This document shows positions 26,981-39,500 of a DNA stretch of 64,000 nt, piece after piece. Source of the stretch: Macrostomum lignano (lineage: Eukaryota); NCBI GenBank assembly GCA_002269645.1, contig NIVC01000859.1, forward strand, positions 363,561-427,560, written 5' to 3'. The translations under genes and the position numbers were made by a program. The notes beneath the pieces were generated by a model, which saw only the letters and a list, made by a program, of their open reading frames with translations, was not told where the DNA came from and did not search any database. Each line of letters opens with the position of its first letter. Position 1 is the stretch's first letter.

Positions 26981-28810
26981 TTAACCTGTAAATTCTAAAT
27001 TTGCAGATCGCTCTCGTACTGTATGGACTACTAGCAGTAGGCTGCCAGCGTTTTTTGTGTGTTCGTCCTCCAAATCTTACGATTATCAATATTTGACATA
27101 CATGTAGTTTTGCTTATTAATAACATATTTTTAGGTCACATATTGTACTCTCTGAGGGATTACTTGCTCGCATTAAGATATTTTAGTTTTTGGTCTTCAT
27201 GATGATGAAGTTGCCAATCATTTTTACAACGGATTTTATAAGTTTTGGCCCAGAAAGTCTCATGTGATTTTTTAAGTTAGTTCTTATTATTCTTCGTTGA
27301 TATGGAATCAAAGATCAATATTCTGGTCTCACCAGACACTCGACCTCCGCGGTAACTGAAATTATTGATCCAGTCAATAATGAGAAGCAACATTGTTTAT
27401 ATTGACTTAGATCGGTAGATGTACTCGAAAAAATACTTGAGTGCAAGATTACAAACTCAATGATAAAAAACAAACATCGTTCAACAAAGTAATTTAAGCA
27501 AGACTATTTAATTAAAAATTCGATACCTGCTTATTTCATTCAATCATAGTTTGATTTGTTCTTCCAAAAACAAAAAAGCCATCGGCCTACGCGAAAGTCC
27601 TTCATCGCTAGAGTTATATTTCCAGTTCGTGATCATCATTTCCTATGTCCCACGCACTCAAATCCCAGTTCCTATTTAGGACTTACTTATCACAGCTCTA
27701 TATCGACCAAGTAATTACCGGAACTCTAATCCTACTCATTTTTTTCGCACCTATCTTACCATCCTCATCTACTTTCCAATCCTCCTCTCCCTCTCTGTCA
27801 TTCGCGTGCAGAGTCCCACAGTTCTTCCCTCAGCCCTTAGCAACAGCAATTTTCCACGAATCCTATTCCCGATCACCCGATAGGCCTCCCAGCGTCCTCG
27901 CTTAGTGCTGTACCATGCTTATATGGAGTATTTTTCCATAAAAGTATCTGGCCACTTCAGGCTCTTCCGCGCAGCTCACTTCCCTCATCCTCTCTCTCTC
28001 TCTGTTCCTCATTCGCTCTCCCCTCCTACTTAAGCTACCTTCAGTCTCTGCTTGCGCATGATCCCGCAGCAAAAAAGTGTCTATAAGCCCTTAGGCGCTA
28101 TTTCTGCTCCCCCTCTTAGCCTTCGTCCTCCGGAATATCCTCCGGTCGGGTCTCCCCATCTCTTCCTCTTGATCGCCCCGGCCCGTCCCCTCTTCACATC
28201 GCTCCCAAGCCCTCCATTCTTCAATTTTGCGGCCCCAGCCAGCGGCTATAAAGTCAGAAAGCGTCCAACAAACCTAATTTACTGCAGGCCCCGTTCAGGA
28301 GAGAGAATTAAAAAAAGAGCAGCATATACAACGGCTGCAACCGCGTCCTCGGCTCTTTTCCAGCAGAGCGCGGAGCCACCTGGACTTTGGCGAGTAAAAA
28401 GCTCCGTCAGAGTGTTCAGGTGGGTCCAGCAACGGTGAAGCTGTAACGTTTTAACCTCCCCCTTCCCCAATTCGACTTTTTACCCCCCCCCCCTCCCTGC
28501 CTGGCCGGTGGGCCATCCAGTTGTGTCCCAGCACGGCATCGAAGCTTCTCTATTTGTTCCTTTTCTTCCAGACTGAACGGTTGCACGAAATTTAAACCTT
28601 TTTTGATTACTGGATGCCCCACACAGCCTATATTTAGAGATTGCAACATGCCATGTAGCAGCAGTACGTCTAACCTTCGCTTCGCATGTAAACATTGATA
28701 TATTCATCGCTAACGTACTAAGGTAAGTGTAATCATAATTTTTTCTAATTGCTAATGGGCTAGTTAGGTTATTAAGTACTGTTTCCTAAAAAAATATGTA
28801 GATGACAATG

Positions 28811-29036
<226 letters not shown>

Positions 29037-29124
29037 ACACTATGACAGACAGTTGACCAAAAGCTATCAGCTATCAGCTAATCGCGTCAACTCACTTCCA
29101 GAACGTCAGCCGTGTATTTTGAGC

Positions 29125-29527
29125 ATGTCGAGTTCGTGTCTTCCCGAACCACCGAGTGACTGCGATAACAACACGGGTGGCGGCGACGACTTCAATGCAG
29201 CAGCTTCGAGAGGTTCACCCGTGACAGGCCTGTCCGTGCTCAACAGTCAGGACTCAGAGATGCAGATGCAGCTTGCCAGGCTATCCCGTCTGATGGCTCC
29301 AGCCGGTGGAAGCTCCACTGCGCTGCCACTAGAGTGCGACGCTGGATTCGAGAGCTCTTCTCTCTGCGGCAATTTCAACAATGTCGACCCGGAGTCCGAT
29401 GATCGACCGACAGCCAAACAGAAGCGAGTAGCTCGCGTGGTGATGGCTGTCGCCTTCATTCTGCTGTCAATGTGCTTCGTGCTGATTGTTGTCACGCTGT
29501 CAATGTCTGATCACATTGACAGAATGG
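29125..29527 (+). CDS. Exon of a small single-pass membrane protein of unknown family
   Basis: GC-rich codons; MSSSCLPEPP...KQKRVARVVMAVAFILLSMCFVLIVVTLSMSDHIDRM, then G|GTGAGT donor. The rest of ORF 29053-29868 is intron and a 21-bp repeat. Downstream exon not established. Confidence 0.7.
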
Positions 29528-29611
29528 GTGAGTTTCCGGGAAGTGTGTTGAAATTAAAAAAGCGCATCTTTTTCTTCTGTCTACAGCATTGGAAAACGAC
29601 TATTAGCACAC

Positions 29612-29860
29612 TTCTCTCTTTACTCACCGTACTCTACTCTCTACTCACTGTACTCTACTCTCTAATCACTGTACTCTACTCTCTAATCACTGTACTCTAC
29701 TCTCTAATCACTGTACTCTACTCTCTACTCATTGTACTCTACTCTCTAATCAATGTACTCTACTCTCTAATCACTGTACTCTACTCTCTAATCACTGTAC
29801 TCTACTCTCTAATCACTGTACTCTACTCTCTACTCATTGTACTCTATTTTATACTCACTA
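29612..29860. repeat. 21-bp minisatellite (TCTCTAATCACTGTACTCTAC), about 11 copies
   Basis: Read directly; gives the false TVLYSLI tail. Confidence 0.92.
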
Positions 29861-31036
29861 AACTCTAATCTCTGCTTTCGATCCAAAGATGAGACGGGAT
29901 TGAAGGGTTGAGGTCTCTCTGCCCTAGACGCTTACGGAAAGGTTATTAATAGGCTTTTAGGCCATGCATTGGTTTCCATGCCTTGTTTCTATTCTACTCG
30001 TAGAGCATTGTTATAATTGTTATAATGACCAAGGAAGAAGCATTGCCAAAGAATGTTATTTCTTCGGTGAAAAGTACCAACTAACAGAATGCAAATCGGA
30101 ATGAAGGCTAAATGCTGATTACCTTATCAACTGAAGACTTATAAACGTAGACTTCTGGAAGACTCGACACTGAAGCTTAGGAATATTGGCTATAATGCTT
30201 TTAAAATCTTGAAAAAAATACTCTGGTATATTTAGCTTCTCAATCTTCTTACTAAGAAGTAGCAAGAAAAGAATATAGTTTTTCTCCTTTAGTTTCCTCA
30301 AGAAACTATTCAATCTGCATTTTATCTCTTTACTATAATTAGAGATAAATTACAAGCATTGATTGTTCATTTCAGTTCGAAAAGCTCTAATGCACAGTCT
30401 GAGCAAGGCCAGGTCGCAGTCAAGCTCAAAGTTGTCATCGGAGTTTCGACAGACTTGGAATTTGGCTACCACTGCAGCATCAGCAACCGATAACTGATTG
30501 ATGCAATGCAGATTCGTTTTAGTATATTTAAGAATACCGAAACCAAAAAACGCTGTGGGCTGCAAATGACAACATTGCTTGTTTATTTGTATCTGTGTAA
30601 CGTACATGTACTGCTCGATTTAAACTAAATTAAGTGATTCCTGTTTTGCGGTTCATGGCTTAAAAATCATTATGAAGGTAAATAAAAAAGCTAAAGGTAA
30701 TATTACTCGTAGATCGCGGCTCATTTCCCACGGTGAACTAGTAAAAGTAGGTTAAGTGTAGGCAGAAGTGTAGCTTCTGGTGTCAAGTGGTTAAAATGAA
30801 TAAAAAGGTTTCTTGAGAGGCGTCTGAAGAGTAGTCTAAGTGCCACGCATTAAAGGAAAAGTAAAACTCAATTAAACGGATACTATACTCGTATGGAATC
30901 AGCTTTGAATTTTGTTAACAAACGTAATTATTGGTTAGAGGTTACGTTTATAATTATAGAAAACGCCTGCTAGAAAAAGAACACAGCAAATTCTATAGAG
31001 TCTTGTAAGAAAGTAAACTCTGCAAAACCACAGGAG

Positions 31037-32155
31037 CTACTGACGCTGCACCATGCACGCCTCCAGCCAGTCGTCGCGCACCCTCGCTTCGTTCACTTGG
31101 CTAATACCATTGCGCAACTCGATAAGATCTACGTCATCCGGCAGTTGGCCAAGTATGAAGATGCAAATTCGAGCAAGAGGCCGGTAGATAATTCCATAGT
31201 TGTCCTGCTGAAGGAATTCTTGCTGATTAAAGTCGATCCTGGCCACCTTTTGGGGAGATTCGTCCAGCCGCTGCCAGCCCGGGTTGTCATCCCAGTGCGG
31301 GAAGGTGACAAAAAACCAAAACTTGCCTGGCTCCGCATCTTCCAGAGTTTCTAAGACTCTCTCGGCAGTGGCGTTCAGCACAGGCTCCACAAAGGGCGGG
31401 CCGAGACTCCAGCCGCCCGGATATCCGGACAGGTCGAGGCGGAAGAAGTTTCCCAGACTGCCAAACGCGGCGTCAGTGTCATTGAACAGGCTGCAGAACT
31501 TGACGCCATCTCGTCCCAGAAGGCGGCAGTTCAGAGGCGACGAGAAGCCCTCATAGGTGACGTGGCCAACGTCGTACAGAGCGTCGAGTCCCGACACGCA
31601 CATGCCAGACTCACCGCCGTAGAACTTGCACAGATGAGCGTAGCGGAGGCACATCAGCGCAGTCGCGTCAGTTCCGTATGTTTGCGCCAGGTAGCGAATT
31701 CGAAGACAATTCCGGGTTTGGAAATCACCCACGAATAATTTTCCACTGGTTCCGCTCTCGGTGTATCGAACAGCAACATCAGGCAGTGGTTCATCCTCGA
31801 GATCAGTGCCCAGAAATTCTTCGATACTGTCGAACACCTGGTTGGATATTCTCTTTGCCGTATCTTCATTCGCGCGTAAATTCTGTTGCAGCATCCTCTC
31901 CAGTTCCGTCCTGAGGTTTTCATTAAACGGTTGCTGTGGCAACAACGGATAGGCAGCTTCTTGATCCGCTGTGTTGAAGAGTTGCACGATTTGCAGAAAC
32001 CTACCAAACACGTTTAATGCGGCATTCTTGTGCTTATTCTCGGGACCCCATTTAGGAAGGGCTGTTCGAAAGTCTTGAAAAAGTGTTTCGATAAAATTGT
32101 ATTGTCGCATCTCTTTGGCGATTTTTTCCGGTTCTATTCCAGCGAATTCGGCCAT
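31037..32155 (-). CDS. Stand-alone PCIF1/CAPAM-type adenine-N6 methyltransferase-fold protein, copy 1 (372 aa, intronless)
   Basis: EGFSSPLN...FCSLFNDTDAAFGSLG...SLGPPFVEPVL...FFVTFPHW aligns with PCIF1 ECFASPLN...YCSAFPDTDGYFGSRG...EANPPFCEELM...FIVFIPEW (recalled). No WW domain. Start taken at MAEF (32155), giving the same length as copy 2. Confidence 0.85.
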   Translation of the reverse strand: MAEFAGIEPEKIAKEMRQYNFIETLFQDFRTALPKWGPENKHKNAALNVFGRFLQIVQLFNTADQEAAYPLLPQQPFNENLRTELERMLQQNLRANEDTAKRISNQVFDSIEEFLGTDLEDEPLPDVAVRYTESGTSGKLFVGDFQTRNCLRIRYLAQTYGTDATALMCLRYAHLCKFYGGESGMCVSGLDALYDVGHVTYEGFSSPLNCRLLGRDGVKFCSLFNDTDAAFGSLGNFFRLDLSGYPGGWSLGPPFVEPVLNATAERVLETLEDAEPGKFWFFVTFPHWDDNPGWQRLDESPQKVARIDFNQQEFLQQDNYGIIYRPLARICIFILGQLPDDVDLIELRNGISQVNEARVRDDWLEACMVQRQ

Positions 32156-33899
32156 TATTTTCACACGGCTTGATTGTCTCAGTAATCGTTAGGGTAGTTT
32201 AGAGTGCAGATATTTGCAGCTCGGTGTTTTTTCAATGGCCTGTATTTATGTCGTTGCTCTCCAGCCGGTAGAGATTTTCATCGTTTATATTTCCAAGAAA
32301 TGAAACAAAATCTACGACAATAAAAATTCTCGCTGACGCGAGCGAGGGCAGGGAAATGTACAGTTTTGCAACTGAGGCAAAATTCCAGGAAATGGCTACT
32401 GTACATAACTCAGATCCAAATAACTGGATGTATAGTCTCTTCGGCCCTGAAAATTGTTTTTTTTAACTAGAAACAATAGCCCAAGTGGCGCGCGCCGCCA
32501 CTCGCTCATTGTAGGCAGCGCTAGAGCAGCTTATGTCCAGACAAAAAGTGCGCACAGTTATGTTCTTACCCCAAAAAGTCTGACCCCCGGCCTCAGTTCG
32601 TCTTTATGCAAAAGAGAGAGGCATACGAAGCTGCCGTGAAATGCGCAAGTACCTGCCGCAAAGTTTTGCTAGATTAATTTTCAAAATATATGATGAGACC
32701 ATCTTCAATTCGAGCACAAGAACGACGACTTAACTGGACAAGCTTTTTATCTTCGAGTACTATTAGTAGCATTTAAAGCTCGACACTTCGAATGATGGAA
32801 ACTTAAAGCTTAATCAAAGTGGTATTTTCTGGAATTTTGCAGATACAAGCATCTGATAACTGGTCATTTCGGACATTGATTTTAAACTAGGATGACTGTA
32901 GGAAATTATTTTGAAGACAATTTCACTTCTAGGATTATAAACTCAAAGCTGAAGTTTCTAATCGGTGTCATATCTTAACTGCAACAGGTACAAACAAGAT
33001 TAATAATTATATTTGCAGGAGGGTTGTGGGCACCCTTGCATAGCATCTTCCCTGAAATAGCTCTACAAACAGCACTGAGACAATTCTGCCTCAGTCTTTT
33101 TGTCTTTTTGTTTTCAGTCTTTTCTGTCTCACTCCGGAGCACATTAGCACGCTTCAAACAAAAGTGTACATCGTCTCTGACTTTCAAATCGTCAGGAATG
33201 TAACACTATGTGCTTTGGAGGTTGGCATACATGTTTGTAAATCGCATCGGCCAATTTTCGTTTACAAGCCCTAGATGAATCAAACCAGAGGTTACGCTCG
33301 TAGTGGTGCGAGAGTCAAATTCGTTTACTACTGGCTTACCATCTGGAGACAATGGCGCAACATTTATGAGTGCGACTTAATGACTTGCTGTAGGTTTAGT
33401 TTTTTATCGGAGTCCAGATTTCAGGGTGACAGATCAGGACGTGCTCAACTTAATTCAATCAAAATCAATTGATGAAATCTATGGCATCGTCTTCGCCATC
33501 CCAGTATGATCAGCAGCATCTCGAACGGAGATAGATTAGAGACTAAGACGATGAAAAGATGCAACAGATTACCATGTCTCTTTCTACTTTAAAAAAGGTC
33601 TTTACGCTCAAACCAAGCCACTGGTAACTTTTGAGCATTCTACTTTTGCCAAACAACTTTCCAAACATGATATTTAATAGCAATTAGTTGCAAAACCTCC
33701 AAAGCACAGTTATAGACTTTTTATGCGTAAAATAGTTGCTGAGGATCTCACGAAATATAGAGGGTATTCAGAGAAATTCAGTACATCAGAGAAATTGTCC
33801 TTGGCTATCTGGTGCCACATGTTGAAGGCCAAGACACTCTGCTTGGGCCAAGACACTCTGCTTGGGCCGAGACACTCTGCTTGCTCCCGATGAGGCATC

Positions 33900-35050
33900 T
33901 GCGGTGTCAGCATGGGAAGCGCAATCTGCTAATTTCAACATTTCTACGGTGCCAAAAACACCACTCCAAGACCTAGAAAAAAAGTCCAGGTGACAACTTT
34001 CGAAGCGATAGACTCGTGGGAAGAGTATATCCGCTTCATTGAAAACCCCGAGGTCTTGCACGAGAATTTGGTGAGTGTATAATACGCTTTTTGTAAAAAG
34101 TGTTTGTTTTGTAAAAAGATGTAAAAAGATTTACATCTTTTGAGATTGAGGCTGAGCGAATTGATGTATTAACTACTGTGTATATATACATAAAATACAA
34201 AAACTGAAGTAAAGTTTAAATATCCCAGCTAATTAAAAATCGCTTTAAACTCTTCCCTTTGACAGAGAAATCATTTGCGACTCTTCGCGCGTGCCAAGTG
34301 GGAAGATTCGGTACGCGACATGCTCGACTTCGCCCCAAGTCTGAAGATGCAGGCCGTGGTCAACTACAAGGGAGTCGACATACAGCAGCGAGCCACACAG
34401 GCTGGTGTACCTACCCATTTAAGTGACGATGATCTTGGACTTAAAAAAGTATTTTTGCCATTTGTTCAAGGTTAGTGCTATTTTTCAGTATAACATTTAT
34501 GAGCAGATATTTAGCTCCTATGATTCAATACAAGTTAGACCGCATGCACTGCTTAAAAAGATTTCAAGAATAAGCCAAATTATATTATCTCCAATCTACT
34601 ACTGCCCAACCATGAGTAGCAATGCAAAAATGTTTTTTCCAAGAAATTTTAATTCAGATCTAATTGTTGCTGCTCATTTCTTCAACAGAAGCGGCCGCGA
34701 AGATCTTCGGCAAAATCGGAGATGACAAAAGGCCTCCGATCGGAGCGGTCGCAAACGCTTGCGATCGTTTCAGACAGCGAATTCATCGCAAGGCCAGTGA
34801 AAAACCTCGGTCTACTAATAAACCTCAGCGGCTGGTTTGCAAGTATCGACCTCAGCAACCCCAGGAGCTTTCAAAGACTGCAGCCGCTTCTGGAGCAGCT
34901 TGTGCCGTGCAGCAAAGACAGACCCAGAAGAAAGCTGCCGCCTCTTCAAAGGCGGCTTCACGCAAGCGCCGAAGATCTAGCGACTCTGATTCCTCTGATG
35001 CTAGTTCTATCGTGGACGTGTACTCGAATTCTAGCGATTTTGAAATCTAG
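33900..35050 (+). CDS. Three-exon gene, tentatively DUF4806/BEN-like; exons about 33900-34070, 34266-34470, 34689-35050
   Basis: Phases fit: TTG|GTGAGT (0), gacag|AGA AAT CAT; CAA G|GTTAGT (1), caacag|AA GCG. Joined peptide ...WEEYIRFIENPEVLHENL-RNHLRLFARAKWEDSVRDMLDF...VNYKGVD...PFVQ-EAAAKIFGK...AVANACDRFRQR, with a basic/Ser tail. 5' end unclear (possible missing A in the A7 run at 33977-33983). Family call is tentative. Confidence 0.65.
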
Positions 35051-36539
35051 TAAAGTATGAACACTTGACGTCATCTCATTGTAGTTAACAATTATTTTTG
35101 TGTAATTTTATCGAGCTAAATTAGCTAAACAGTGAGTTTAATGTATGATTATGAGTGCATGCAAATTTGAAGGATCTCGTAAACCAGTGCTAACGGATAC
35201 GATTATCAATAGTCGCTGAACTCAGAATTGTCTATTCAGCTTGAGTGCTCACATTATGTATTTTCTATTTTTTCTAAACTTCATTAGTTACTGGTAGTTA
35301 GAAACAAAATTATTTTGTTTAATTTCTTGCTAATGCAAATTTTCCTTACGCTTATGTTAGTTTTTTTTCAGAAATTCAATGATTAATTACTAGCATATTT
35401 TAAACATAAAGTTTTTTTATAAATATTAATAAGCCTTTCGTACTATGAAAAGTGTTTGTCTGCTCATGTACTCGCTCATGGGCTAAGCTCATGTACTCGT
35501 AGTTACTAAAGAAGTCAGCTGATGCAGACACATGTCGTCGACGTGCTGATGGCTTGGCAAGGCGCATAGAGGCTTATTAAATATTCTAGCGCTCATGAAA
35601 AAAATCCGACCTTCTGGCAGAATCGTTGAATATATCGACGATCCTGAGGGCTGCTGACTTGATTCTTGCTTGAGATGGTGCGCAAAAAAATCATCTCGGT
35701 TTCTTGAACTTCTTGTTTCTGCGTTGCTCCAGTAACGACGCAGCGAAAACGCGTTCACATAAAAACATTTAATTTTTAGCTCAACTCGAGATCATAGCAC
35801 TATATTCAGCTTTCAGCATCTTTCTCTTTGCTTTTATTTGATAATCGAGCCAACCGGTGCTGGAAAATTAAATCAGTTTGAGGAGGACGAGAGGTGAGCG
35901 GGTGGGGTTGCGCTGAGCTTGCACAGCAAAATGCCTACTGAGCACTAGAGCTTAACCCAGCCCAAATGAACAAGCTCTAGGCCAGTGTGGTTGACACTCG
36001 AACAACCCCGGAATCTGGAGTGAGCTTCCACAGCCAGCCTCTCCAAGTTCTCCAAGATTTGCTCTCGCGATTTGTATTTCCCCATGACTTTATTAAAGCA
36101 TCAGCGGATACCAACGTCACACGCAAAGAGAAGCGAGTCGCTATCAAGGAGGTGTCTGAAGCTTGAAGCGGTTCCATTCATTTTCCCAAATGCTCCCATC
36201 TACTTATGATCTCACAAGAAGGCACAGCGAGCAACCTCAGTGACCTCAGGAGAAAGAGCTGGAATTGGAGTCTTTCTGGAAGCCGACTTCAATGCTGAGA
36301 CGAACCTTCAGGAGATTTAGCTGCAAGCTGGAGCAGGAAGCAGCCAAGCCAGCTGGATTCCAGACGGCTACCCAAGGCAAGCTCTGCATCTATATGCTAC
36401 AGACAGCTTCTGAATTCGTAACCTTGTTTTTTCTTGCGCTTAATGTGTTACAGAGGCATTGCCATAGAATGCTATTTTCGGGTGAAAAGTGCTAATGAAC
36501 AGGAGGAAAACCGACATTCATACGAGCGTATTGGCTGAA

Positions 36540-39500
36540 GGCTGATTCTCTTATCAACTGGACTTATAAACGGAGGGCTTCTGGAAGACGTGACATTGAA
36601 GCTTAAGAATGTTGACTTTCATACTTTGAAAATCTTGAAAAAAAACTCTATCTGAGCGTGTGAATCAGTAAAAAATGACACTTGTATGGGGAATTGTCGT
36701 GCGGAATTGTCTACTAAGAAGTAGCAAGAACAGAATATAAACTTCTTTTTCTGTATATTTTTCAATAAAATTTGAAGTCTGCATTCTTCAAACGTATGCA
36801 AGAACTCAGAAATAGATGCTGGGATTTCTTGGTCTTGAATCTCTTTACTTGAATTGAAAATAAATCGCCAACACTGACCGGTCATTTCAGTTCGACAAGC
36901 TCTTATGCGCATCATGAGCAAGGCAAGGTCGCAGTCAAACTCGAAGTTGTCGTTGGAGTTTCGGCAGACTTTTAATTTTGCTACCTCAACAATTCGGCAA
37001 CTGATAACTGATTGATGCAATGCAGATTGGCTTAATATATCTATATTTAAAAACACCGAGTAACCCTTTGGGCTTTAAATTAAAATATTTTTTGTTAATT
37101 TGCACTTGTGTAACATACTGCTCGATTTAAACTGAACTGAGTGAAAAAATTACTATGAAAGTAAATAAACAAAGCTTATTACGTAATATAGATCGCGCCT
37201 CATTACATACGGTAAACTAGAAAGTGTAAGCTAAAGTGAACGCATGCCCGAATTTTAAAGAAAAAGTTGTTTTATTCAACAGGTTTTTAAGCTACGCTCA
37301 TAGCTTCCGGTATTACATGTGAGAGGTTAAACTGAATAAAAAATTATTTCTGTGGTGTCTGAAGATTTTTCAAATGGCTGCTGTTAGCTAGTTGTCAGAG
37401 GTTTTTAACTATAGGAAACTCCTGGTAGAAATATATTATATAACACAGAAAATTATATAGAGTAGAGTCTTTTAAGAAGTTAACTCTGCCAAACCACAGG
37501 AACTACTGAGGCTGCACCCTGCACGCCTCCAGCCAGTCGTCGTGCACCTTCGCTTCGTCCAATTGGCTAATACGATTGCGCAACTCGATTAAATCTACGT
37601 CGTCAGGCAGTTGGCCGAGTATGAAGATGCAAATTCGAGCAAGAGGCCGGTAGATAATTCCATAGTTGTCCTGCTGAAGGAATTCTTGCTGATCAAAGTC
37701 GATCCTGGCCACCTTTTGGGTAGATTCATCCAGCCTCTGCCAGCCGGTGTTGTCATCCCAGTGCGGGAAGGTGACAAAAAACCAAAACTTGCCCGGCTCC
37801 GCATCGTCCAGAGTTTCTAAGACTCTCTCGGCAGTGGCGTTTAGAACGGGCTCCACAAAGGGCGGGCCGAGACTCCAGCCACCCGGATATCCGGACAGGT
37901 CGAGGCGGAAGAAGTTTCCCAGACTGCCAAACGCGGCGTCAGTGTCCTTGAACAGGCTGCAGAACTTGACGCCATCTCGTCCCAGAAGGCGGCAGTTCAG
38001 AGGCGACGAGAAGCCCTCATAGGTGACGTGGCCAACGTCGTACAGAGCGTCGAGTCCCGACACGCACATGCCAGACTCACCGCCGTAGAACTTGCACAGA
38101 TGAGCGTAGCGGAGGCACATCAGCGCAGTCGCGTCAGTTCCGTATGTTTGCGCCAGGTAGCGAATTCGAATACAGTTCCGGGTTTGGAAATCACCCACGA
38201 GTATATTTCCACTGGTTCCGCTCTCGGTGTATCGAACAGCAACATCAGGCAGCGGTTCACCCTCGAGATCAATGCCTAGAAATTCTTCGATACTGTCGAA
38301 CACCTGGTTGGATATTCTCTCTGCCGTATCTGCATTCGCGCGTAAATTCTGTTGAAGCATCCTCTCCAGTTCCGTCCTGACGTTTTCATCCAATGGTTGC
38401 TGTGGCAACAACTGATAGGCAGCTTCTTGATCCGCTGTGTTGAAGAATTGCACGATTTGCAGAAACCTGCCAAACACAGCAAAAGTCGCATCCCTGTGCC
38501 TTTCCTCGGGACCCCATTGAGGAAGAGCGGTTCGATAGTCTTGAAAAAGCCTTTCGATAAAATTGTATTGTCGCATCTCCCTGGTGAGTTGGTCCGGTTC
38601 TATTCCAGCGAATTCGGCCATTACTAACAGAAGGCTTGATTATCTTAGTAATTGTGAGAATAGATGTTGAATGTTGAGGTTTTCAGCCCAGGATTTTTTC
38701 ATAACCTGCATTTATATCGTTGCTTCCCAGCCCATAGAGATGTCATTGTTTAAATTTCCAAGAAATAAAAAAATCCACGAAGTACGAGGGCAGGGAACTG
38801 TACGGTTTTACAGATAGAGCGAAGGTCTCCAGGAAATGTCTACCGTACATAACTCAGGTTCAGGAGCGTAGAGTAGGGTTGGAGCGCCTGGGGGGAGCTC
38901 AGTGCTGCGTTTGTTTCCTGTCCTCCTGTGCGGGCCGGCCCACGCATCCACCCCTCCGTTGCCATGTCAGGTCGGGGTTGGGCGTCGGTCCCGGGCCTGC
39001 CCGCGGCTCCTCCCCAGGAGCGGCCTCCGCGCCGGGCTCATTTAGAGTTCTCCGGCCGGCCGTCCCGGCCTGTCAACCGTCCAGGTCAAATTGCTGTCTC
39101 GCCTTTGATGTCTGCCTGAAATCGATGGAAGCTGCTGTAGCTTTGCTATGCGCTGCATGTACTATTTGAAGGCTGAGCCTATTTGCCCATTTCTATTATT
39201 CTAGCTTAATTTCTAAGACATATTTACATTTTAACCGCAGCAAAGTTCTGACCACCAACTATTTATAAGCAAGAGAGAGAGGCCTACGGAGCTATCGTGA
39301 AATGCATAAGCACTTGCTGCAAAGTTTTCCTCGACTACTTTTTAAAAGATGAGACCAACTTCAATTCCAGTATCAGATTTCTATTTTCTGCATCTATGTT
39401 CTGCAGTCTACTTTTAGTAGCATCGACACTTAAAGTGATAACCACAAACATCTTGATCGAAGTCGTATTTTAGGCAAAAAGTATCGGTTTTTTATTGGCA

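Larger units (their letters stand above)
30110..36000. repeat. Segmental duplication unit 1 (partner about 36540-40810)
   Basis: Matching anchors 30120/36549, 31037/37503, 32600/39270, 33475/39780, 35745/40535 and 35940/40755. Confidence 0.85.

Noticed and set aside
29125-29527. Single-pass protein near TRP genes as a possible InaF-type TRP regulator
   Set aside because: Lacks the InaF motif as I recall it (RLxTVxxY...YY); only a generic basic-then-hydrophobic pattern.
29528-29868. Hydrophobic TVLYSLI tail of the 271-aa ORF
   Set aside because: Lies after a GTGAGT donor and is a 21-bp repeat translation.
35990-36500. Moderately GC-rich stretch between the two duplicated units with short open frames
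   Set aside because: No consistent frame, splice model or recognisable motif.
31097-38627. Antisense ORFs conserved in both MTase copies
   Set aside because: Conserved only because the sense genes are near-identical; no independent coding signal.
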